Source: Eledone cirrhosa
Lineage: Eukaryota
DNA: 64,000 bases
Assembly: GCA_964016885.1 (NCBI GenBank)
Contig: OZ024743.1
Location: forward strand, 29,450,001-29,514,000
Direction of reading: 5' to 3'
A model generated the notes under the pieces. That model was not told where the DNA came from and did no database searches. It was given only the letters and a program-made list of their open reading frames with translations. Both the position numbers and the translations under genes were made by a program. Shown one piece after another: positions 54,590 through 64,000 of this stretch. Position 1 is the first letter of the stretch, and every line of letters begins with the position of its first letter.

Positions 54590-55550
54590 ACCCCACCAAT
54601 CCTAAACCACCCAACAATTCGAGAGCACCCAGGAAGGGCATCCATCTCCTCAAATTCACCCACCTACAGGCGCATGATCAGAGCAGGCCCACTAACACGG
54701 GCCATTCGCTCCACATTGACTCACCTTTCATGAAATGCAGGGGGGGGGGGTGCACTTCTTTCTCTACCCTCACCTTCCTTTCCAAGTGAAACTTGAAAAA
54801 GGTGATGAGGGATTGGCCGAAGAGAAAAGTGTCTGTCTTCAGTCCTTTCAACCTCGTCCACCATACAACCTCTTTCGCTACTGCCCCCAGACAGAGTAAA
54901 ATTGCCTGCCCTTCCTGGCCAAAAGAAGGCGGCGGGTCGATCTTCACTATGGACTCGGCCGATAGCTGGATCTGTTCTACACGCGACAACAGCTGTTCGA
55001 CATAACTCCACAAGTCAGTAATCCACGGACACTGGACGAGTGCATGCAGAACGGTTTCGTCGCTCTGCGTGCATCTCGGGCAGGTCCATCTGAGACCACC
55101 TCCGTGCCTGTAGAGTTTATCTCGAACTGCCAGTGCCCCCCGGTAGCACTGTCAACCGAGGAATTTTGGAATTATCTCTGGTCCCCGGCTCGTAGTCCTC
55201 CGGAACAGACTGGTTAGTACGACTTCGTCGACGCCCAGAGCCTCTCCGAGTGCGTCGTCGCACTTGCCCACCAATAATCCTATATAGAACTCGAGAGTGG
55301 AAGTTCCACTGATCGCATTGCCCGCCTGGTAGTGGGCAGTGAGGGCCTGGCAAGATTCCAGATGGCAGTCACCAGTGTCTCGGTGTCTTCTTGACCCATG
55401 ACTGCAGCTCAGTCAAAGAGACGAGCTGCAGAAAGTCCCGTCTCACAAACAGCGACCACACCTGTTCACCGTTTAGGCAGAATATCTGGGGATGACACAG
55501 CCTCAGCGCATTTCTGCGCATTATTAGCCATGGCATGCCCAGCCCTGCAC
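54590..55550 (-). mobile_element. L1/Tx1-type LINE ORF2 C-terminal fragment
   Basis: CPRCTQSDETVLHALVQC..LWSYVEQLL (CCHC zinc finger), ORF 54678-55013. Confidence 0.75.
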
Positions 55551-56159
55551 GTATTATTACTTCTAATAATAATAATGATTTTTACTATAGGCCCAAGGCC
55601 AGTAATTTAAAGGGGAGGGGTAAGTCGATTAAGTCAACCACTGTGCATTATCCACCCTGTAAAAATGAAAGGCAAAGTAGATTTTGGATCTAGAATACTG
55701 TCACAACATTTTAATTTACGGTAGAAGCATGAAAGACAACTCTGAGAATTGCAAATCACACAGCAGAGCAATATTTTAAGGCAAGTTGGAGATATTATTT
55801 TTTCGATTCGAGCAGTGCAATTGCCGTCGAATGAGTGTTGCTGTTGGTAGTATTTTAGATTGTTGAGTTTTATGTTTGTTCTTTTTATTTTTCTGATAAT
55901 AGTTTTGCTGTTTTGGGAAGCCCTCCCTTAGTTATGTTCTCAGATCTTGATGGTGCATGTTTTGCACATATGTTTGTCACAGTTTCTACACATACCTGCC
56001 AATATATTTTGATGTTCGTAGAGATGGGTGCGCGTGGGAAAAACCAGTCATCATGTGATAGATCGTTAGTGATTGCATCCCCGTTTGTATTATGACGATA
56101 TCATCAAATGTTTGGGCTGGAGAGAGGTCATTGCTGGAATCTCAAGTTACTGAGAGCCA

Positions 56160-56640
56160 TGTCATGACTTGAGAGAAGTGTTTTTTCACTGTAATATTGT
56201 GTAAAATTTTGTAGTTAGTAAGATTTTCTGATATATTGTTGGCGCAAGATCAAGTTGGAACAGAAAGAAATCCCCCATAAAGTAAAGAAAAGACTCTACT
56301 GCTGCTTTGTCAGCGGTTGAGTGGGAAGTATCTGGTTTCAAACTGTTTGTAGACCAATCAACACTGGGTAGGATGAAGTCTCCCATCATTAGTATTTTCC
56401 CAGAATGGGACTGTTGTATAAAACACTTAATATTGTTGATACATTTTTGAAGCACAATATGGACGTTTTGGGTGGCCTGCAGAGCCTAACTACGATACAA
56501 ATATTGGCTTTGTTGTGCACGGTGACTAGTTCACAGTGACCATTGGAGAATATTTTATATCCGTCTGTCGCAAGAGAATCATGCAGGAAAATTGCAGTTC
56601 CCCCCCTTCCTTCTGCCAACACGATACATGCGGATGGTTG
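56160..56640 (-). pseudogene. CR1/L2/Jockey-group LINE endonuclease fragment
   Basis: GRGGTAIFL...LCRPP...ILMMGDFILPSVDW (APE motifs). Confidence 0.7.
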
Positions 56641-56743
56641 CAGAATTCCTCACTTTCGCTATGTATGTTCATATATATGCGAATATATGTTAATGTATAT
56701 ATATATATATATATATTAATATGTGTGTGTGTGTGTGTGTGTA

Positions 56744-56798
<55 letters not shown>

Positions 56799-56925
56799 CC
56801 ATATAAATGTATACATACTTCAACAGCCTTCTAATAAAAGTGTGTATACATTTTGGGGGTAAACCCTCTATATATATATTTCTCTATCTGCCCCCCCCTC
56901 TCGCACACACACACACACACACACA

Positions 56926-56986
<61 letters not shown>

Positions 56987-59589
56987 ATATATATATACAC
57001 ATATATACACATATGTGTGTATATATATATACACATCCATACCCAGAACTTCTTAGACAGACGACCATGTCCATGCCTATACATAAAGAGGACTTTGAAA
57101 ATTGTTTCCGTTTAATAGTCGTTGTTACGCTATCAATCATGTAATCATCCTTAAACCCAAACAAACGATTTATATTCCAATAACTACATTTTTTTAAAAC
57201 ATGGTAATACATTTCCCATTTAAGTATGCATATTAACAATTAAACTTTAATTGACCGTAGAAAATGCGCCATCATGTTATAGACAGAAACACTCGTACGC
57301 TACTACACACACACACATATATGCATATGTGTATATCTGTGACTTTAACAGGCAAAATACAACTATATTTAGGAGTGTATGTACACATTTTAGAATAATT
57401 TTGAACAATAACGGTTAGTTGAGCTTTATGTCAATTTGGATAATGGAAAAGATCTCGAAAATACTTAACGGAATAAAATTCATGTATAAGATTGTATTTA
57501 AGGCATTTGTGGATGAAAAAATAAACGTTTAACTGTATATCAATAATGCACTGCGTTGTAGGTTAATTGTTGAAGTAGTAAAGTGAAAGGAAATGTTTAA
57601 GAAATTACATATCATTCAGTGATATCGAAAATATTTGAAAATTTAATGTAAATTGTAAATGTAATGTAAAATGTAATGTAAATTAGTGCACTTAACTTAT
57701 CAACTGACATTAGAGGAAAACAGTGTTTAAAACACAAAGTTCCATTAAAGTAACGGTGCATGAGAAATAATGTATATAGCATTACGCCAATATTTTAGTA
57801 TAACATATGTGAACGTGTATAACGTGTTTAGTATAACATATGTGATTAATTGTAAATCAATTAATAATGTAGTTCTATGCAGATATTTTCATTTATAAAA
57901 TGAATTATTAGAACATATTAAATTTTAGTGAAGTAAGCGTATCCAGGAATCATAACTGGAAGAAGCGCTGATACTATATGTAGGTTTGAAGTTCTGGTGA
58001 GATTAGTGTAAAGCATGCAACTTGGTAGCTAGGGTGTTGGTCTCACGATCGTAAGGCCAATAGTTCTGTCCTTGAGCTAGAAACTTTATTTCTGAATTTT
58101 CCTCTTTACGCAACTGGAAAAATAGACGAGATGAAGACTTTTCACAAAGTGTGTTACAGTGAATTTCCCCCAATCAATTTAAGGGTATACTTCTTGGTAG
58201 CATGCTCAGCCATTTGCACGATTAATTTCACCAGTAATCAACGGAGGCCCAACACGCATTGAGTTTAATGAAAATTAGTTTACAATTGTTACAAATAGAG
58301 GAGCATTGCGTATAGAAGTGGATAAGAGAGGAGATAGAGTGTATTTGGATATATCCATGCTAATGTCGAACGCTACACCTAAGTCATTTTGAAGTTAGAA
58401 ATTAAGAGAACAAATCAAATGTAAATTTAGGAATAATTATCTATAGTTTACTTGAGCGAAGGTCCGAATGAAATACATTTGTAATACAATTGTCAAGACT
58501 TGAAATAAATGGAATCAGCAGAGCCACAGGAAATTGTACTAAATGAGGCGAAATGTTTCGATTGGTCACAACAACAACTCGTATATCACAAGAAGACATA
58601 TATCTACTTTGAAAACTGTATTTTCTAACAGCGACATACAGAAAACGTGGACGAAAAAGTACGTACTGTGTCAGCTTAAATTGGATTAACAGTATAACAT
58701 AGTTAAATAATTTAAGAAAGCCTAATAAACTGTGATATCTTAATGCTAATATTAATGGAATTGTTTTTATTGTATTATGTAATTTCTATTGCTTAATTAT
58801 TAGTGCATTTATGAATACACTGCATTTGTTAACAAATGTGATTAGTGAAAGTAGGATCACGTAGGGATGACAAATAAGTTTACACTAGATATGTTCAATA
58901 ACTAGCAGTTTAATGTCAAATGTGAGGTGAATATTTGTCTATATTCAGTATTGCAATTGAAGGATAATTGTCGGAAGCTTTCCATATGGATTAGATGTGT
59001 AAATATAGAAGTGAGAAATGTAAGGATAATGTAGCATAATATTAAAAGTGGTAAAAGTAACTATGGGAAACGTAAGATGAAATATGTTATTAATCTACTG
59101 TGATGTGTAGAAACATGTAATATGATATGTTAAACATAGGAATATTCGTGTGTGTGATGTTTTAATTTTATAGTACAAGTTATACAGGTTCAGGGAATAA
59201 AACTTAAGACGATGGATATATTGAAAAAGAAATACAATATATAAAAAATGTATGATGAATGATAGTATATAGTTGGCAGTCTGAGTTCGAATTCGCCTTG
59301 AAGGATTGGAGTTGCACGTTATCGTTTCATCTCTATGGAGAAACTGGCCACATGAAAACATTTACCCTCAACAGAAGACAGGAACTCACAGGGCCCACAT
59401 CCTGGGAACATCAGGGCCCCACGCATAACTGCAACAACAACATCAATAGCAAAAAATAAAAGCAGAATCCAATCCTATAGCAGCAGGAACATCAACAATA
59501 GTGGCTGCAAAGTCAACAGATGCACAAGCAACACCAACATCAGTAACGGCAGCAACATCATCAACATCACCTACTGTGACTCACAACGA

Positions 59590-60700
59590 CTACTGTGTAG
59601 TGCTGCGAAAGACCTATAACAGCAGGTGAGTCGGGAATCCTTGTCTGACTGCATGAGGAGCAAATCTCCCGGGTTCGAGGATCTGCCCTATGAGATTTAG
59701 AAAGATATCCAAGCCTTATATTCCGATCTTTTCTCAACCATCTACTGCAAATGGCAGCAAAACGGGAGAATTCCCAATTCTGTGATTCGGGACGTAGTGA
59801 CGCTGATGAGGAAAGACGAGAACAAGTGGGACGTTTCAGATAACTTCAGGCCAACAATTCAGAGTTTATGATTTGGGCCAAGCTGCTAGCAAAGAGATTG
59901 GCGCTTGTTGAGAGACTGGTAGAAGATGTACAAGATGTGCGCAATCCCGATCAGCTCCTTACATGACAACCCCGACCTCACGCGATACATCATGCAGACG
60001 GTTGGGAGTAACCCTGTCTTAGGTGGTGTTTTGATCAACTTACATCAACCGATAGGTTTCGATAGTGTCGACCATTGATACTTGGAGGTTGTGCTCAAGG
60101 CATCCGGTTTCAGTCCCGGCTTCAAACCTTGGTTCACTGCAATGGACAGCGGTATCCGCTCGGTGATCAAAGTAAATTACCATCTATCGCAATCGTATAA
60201 CAATCCCTCTCTACTCACTTCTTTACGTGCTGACTCTTAAGTTACTACTGCAGAAAGGTGGAGCTGCTGTAAGGCTTCTGCTCGAACCAGCACATGCGAA
60301 GGTTTCGTCGGTATATGCGGATGATCCTACACCGATGGAGAATCGATGTGGTCAGCAATTTCTTACAGACATGAATCGTTAACGGGAACAAAGATCAATT
60401 CGGAAAAGTCTGTAGGTTTGCCACTTGGCACCTGGAAAAGCAAATCCATGCCGTTCAACAGGGTTCTCGGGCGTTTGCTAAACAGGCTGGTAATGTTGCC
60501 GGGGGTCTGGTTTGTTACAGACCACCAAGGGGATAATAACTGGGACGAGATATCGAGCAGGGTGTTCACTCTCACCCGAAAATGGGCCATGCGGAAGTTA
60601 TCTCTGAATTTCTCGTCAGAGGACGTGAATGTGTATATCGCATCAGCCATCTGTTATCTCCTGACCACTGTGTCTTGCTCCCGTCCGCGTCACCCCAAAT
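59590..60700 (+). pseudogene. L1/Tx1-type LINE RT fragment, degenerate
   Basis: KSPGFEDLPYE, VTLMRKD, DNFRP, IWAKLLAKRL, FDSVDH, YADD at ~60313, KINSEKS. Confidence 0.75.
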
Positions 60701-60774
60701 TGCTTTTTAACCTCAGGCATTCGTCCAGTAACTGTCCATTTCTGAATTATAGAGGTTTGCGAACAGTTATTATG

Positions 60775-60812
<38 letters not shown>

Positions 60813-60818
<6 letters not shown>

Positions 60819-63120
60819 TCACAAGAATCAAAGCTATGTTCAAAGCATTTATTAACTTACAATTGTTTCATCCAAACCTAGGCTTGGTGTCTTCGGAGCA
60901 TTTTTCAATGTTTGTACACATGATTGACCTCCTTTCCAACGCAAGAGACATACAGATACATATGTATATATTGATGTACAGTGGAGTGCCATATATTATA
61001 TTATATTACTTCCGTATAGCAATTCAAATTCAAAGTCAAGATCAATATCAAAATTAAAACAAAATTAAAATTAAAACAAAACAAAATTAAAATACATTCG
61101 GTAGTTAACATAGATAATGCAAGAGGATAGTTTGTTAGTCAGATGTAGTAGTTATTGTGTGCGTTAGTTATGTGTGTCTCATTTATATATGGTTATTGTG
61201 TGGCACGGTGTTACATGTAATACAAGCACTTTACGTGGGTAAGTAAGAGTATTTGGAGGTTGCAGTGGTAAGGTATTTTTTGTATATGATTAAAAAGTAT
61301 GTGCGCAGAAAAATAGAAATAGAAAGGAGAAGCAAAAGAGGGTTATGGTTTTCGTATCCACCACCCTTTTCAATTCAGGAAGTGTAACATATAGTTTATA
61401 CATCCATCACATAATTAACTATGATTCCGTATTGGATGTTTGATGCATTAAATTAAATTATTTTAGTTTATTGCGGCTCAGTGTTCTTTAATCCAATTTT
61501 ATAGGGTAGGTTGTTTCTGTTGTGAGAATTTACATCGGTTTATTATCCGGAAGTATGTGTAATTAAGGGGCGTTAATGCGTAAGGGGAGGTAACTAGCTG
61601 ATTTCCATAACTAAATTATTGTTCTAACATACATTATAAGGTGTCTCAATTGTGTCCCTTCTATAGACGGTTATATATTTATATCCGGTTTCCAATTTTA
61701 AACATAGTCTACTCTATCATGATGTACTAAAAGTATTTATATTAGGATGATTACTCCCTATCATAGATTGCTACAACTGGATACTCCATACAAAGAGCCA
61801 CATCTTTATATCAAAGTTCCTTGCAAATGTAGTCTACTCACAGAACATGTCAGGGGACCTATTAGTACTATGTCTTCATAACCCTGGTAAGTTCTGGAGC
61901 AGCGTATGGCTGTCTGCATGGCAGACAAAAACATTCCTCATTTACAATGTCATTAATCTATCCATCAAGTTGTACTTGTTTATACAACTCACTTCCCCCT
62001 CATATACAATTCATTGCACTCAACATATAGGTTATACAGATCTCTTATGTTAATAAATTAATCTTATATATATTCAATGTTATCACTCCATACATACAAA
62101 TACATATGCATAAATAATTCATTGTCGAATCTGATGATTAAAGCTTACATAGACTGTATTGTAGAATTATAATTGATACCCCATGAACACCCACCCCTAG
62201 TACAACCATCCTCAGCTACTATATAATTATAAGCAGTTGAAAGTAATTACCCCAAAAGTAGGCGCTCATGGGGATATTTCTAGGGTATAAAGTTATAGAC
62301 AGATGGAATGATTTGTGTTGAGATAGGGGGGATCAGAGAGTGTGGAGTTGTGGTGTGAGGTGTGCCCTTGAGATGTAATCCTATATATATATCCAATGTT
62401 ATCATCCCATACATACAAATACATTTGCATAAATGATTCATTGTCGAATCTGGTATTTAAAGCTTACATAGACTGTATTGTATAATATCAAATATCCAAT
62501 ACGGAATCATAGTTAATTATGTGATGGATGTATAAACTATATATTACATTTCCTGAATGTGAAAATGGTGGTGGATACGAAAACCATAACTCTCTTTTGC
62601 TTGTCCTTTCTATTTCTATTTTTCTGCGCACCTACTTTTTTATCATATACAAAAAATACCTTACCACTGCAACCTCAATAATACTCTTACTTACCCACGT
62701 AAAGTGCTTGTATTACATGTAACACCCTGCCACACGATAACCATATATAAATGAGACACACATAACTAACGCATACAATAACTACTACATCTGACTAACA
62801 AACTATCCTCTTGCATTATCTATGTTAACTGCCGAATGTATTTTAATTTTGTTTTGTTTTAATTTTAATTTTGTTTTAATATTGATATTGATCTTGACTT
62901 TGAATTTGAATTGCTATACGGAAGTAATATAATATAATATATGTCACTCCGCTGTACATCAATATATACATATGTATCTGTATGTCCCTTGCGTTGGAAA
63001 GGAGGTCAATCATGTGTACAAACATTGAAAAATGCCCCGAAGACATCAAGCCTAGGTTTGGATGAAACAATTGTAAGTTAATAAATGCTTTGAACATAGC
63101 TTTGATTCTTGTGAATTCTA
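60813..63120. repeat. Long inverted repeat: arms 60813-61444 and 62487-63120 (~632 bp), each with a degenerate hammerhead near the outer end
   Basis: Near-identical ORFs 60836-61057(+) and 62876-63097(-); CCGAAGA-stem-GAAA-CAATTG-TA at 63037-63075(+) and 60858-60896(-); TA/TATA at outer ends. Confidence 0.9.
62070..62485 (+). repeat. ~105-bp direct repeat pair (62070-62170, 62388-62485)
   Basis: CAATGTTATCA..CCATACATACAAATACAT...AAGCTTACATAGACTGTATTGTA in both. Confidence 0.8.
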
Positions 63121-63275
63121 TATAACTGCTCTGTAGAACAACTGATGTTATTACATTGAGCTATTTATCTTACTGGTAATAAGGTAGTAATTAAATACTG
63201 ACCTTCACTGTTTAGGGTTGAAAATATATATAACTATAAAAAGCTTTAATATATACATAAACATAAATAGTATCC

Positions 63276-63340
<65 letters not shown>

Positions 63341-63603
63341 GATAACAAATTATCGTTATAGTTAATCCAGTTATAGGTTGTGTATAGTTATGTATTGTTG
63401 ATAGCTTTAGCATACGGCGTTGACTGAACAAGAGGCTTCTTTAGGTAGCGAGTATATGAGTTCTCAGGAGTTCCTATGTAAGTTAATATTGGAGTAATAA
63501 GAGTGAAAGAGTGAAGAATAACATGGTCAACAGTACAAAAAGAGTTTATTAACAAGTGTTTAATTGGTTAAGTTGTCTTAAAATTGCTAATCATTTGAAG
63601 TTG

Positions 63604-64000
63604 TGTCACTCAATTTTAAATACGATGTATGCTTAAACAAATCATAAAAAAACTGTTTAAAATTATACACACCGCTTGCAAATTCAAATTGCGACATCAT
63701 TAGTAAAGAAAGAAAATGAAAAAGAAAAAAGAAAAAGATAGAGAGAAAAAAGAGAAAGAAAGAAAGAAAGAATAATAATAAATAAGTTATCATTTAGTTA
63801 TTATTATTCATTTTTTCTTTATTCTTCTTTTTTCTTCTTTCTTTCTTTCTCATTCTTTTTTTCTCTCTATCTTTTTTCTTCTTTTTCTTTTTCTTTCTTT
63901 ATTAATGATGTAATTTGAATTTCCAAACGCTGTGTATAATTTTAAACAGTTTTTTCTGATGTTTTGGTTAAGCATACATCGTATTTACAATTGAGTGACA
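63604..64000. repeat. Imperfect inverted repeat centred near 63790, probably continuing beyond window
   Basis: TGTCACTCAATT...TACGATGTATGCTTAA vs TTAAGCATACATCGTA...AATTGAGTGACA. Confidence 0.85.

Noticed and set aside
62125-62170. CTGATGA in the 105-bp direct repeat
   Set aside because: No stem II-GAAA, and not conserved in the second copy.

Overview
AT-rich, microsatellite-dense animal DNA, probably a coleoid cephalopod such as Octopus (inferred from the tRNA-derived SINE families). No complete host gene is visible, only two candidate exons. Most ORF-track entries are microsatellite artefacts or decayed transposons: an R4/Dong-type LINE, RTE LINEs, L1/Tx1 and CR1-like fragments, several Penelope-like elements (PLEs), a hATm-like transposase, a non-autonomous Helitron and many SINEs. 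The main finding is a set of non-coding repeat families carrying minimal type-I hammerhead ribozyme (HHR) motifs: a near-perfect 467-bp array with 8 HHRs (19560-23489), a homologous ~420-bp family (41798-42824, 45546-47006), a ~321-bp family with a U3-A8 variant core (47022-47790), a 632-bp inverted repeat, and solo HHR motifs. All are inserted in (TA)n tracts, and each array or inverted repeat is arranged head-to-head with both 3' ends pointing outward into TA. Families 1 and 2 share an octamer motif upstream of the HHR. Together this suggests a retrozyme-like system (self-cleaving, possibly circular RNA) mobilised by Penelope-like elements.
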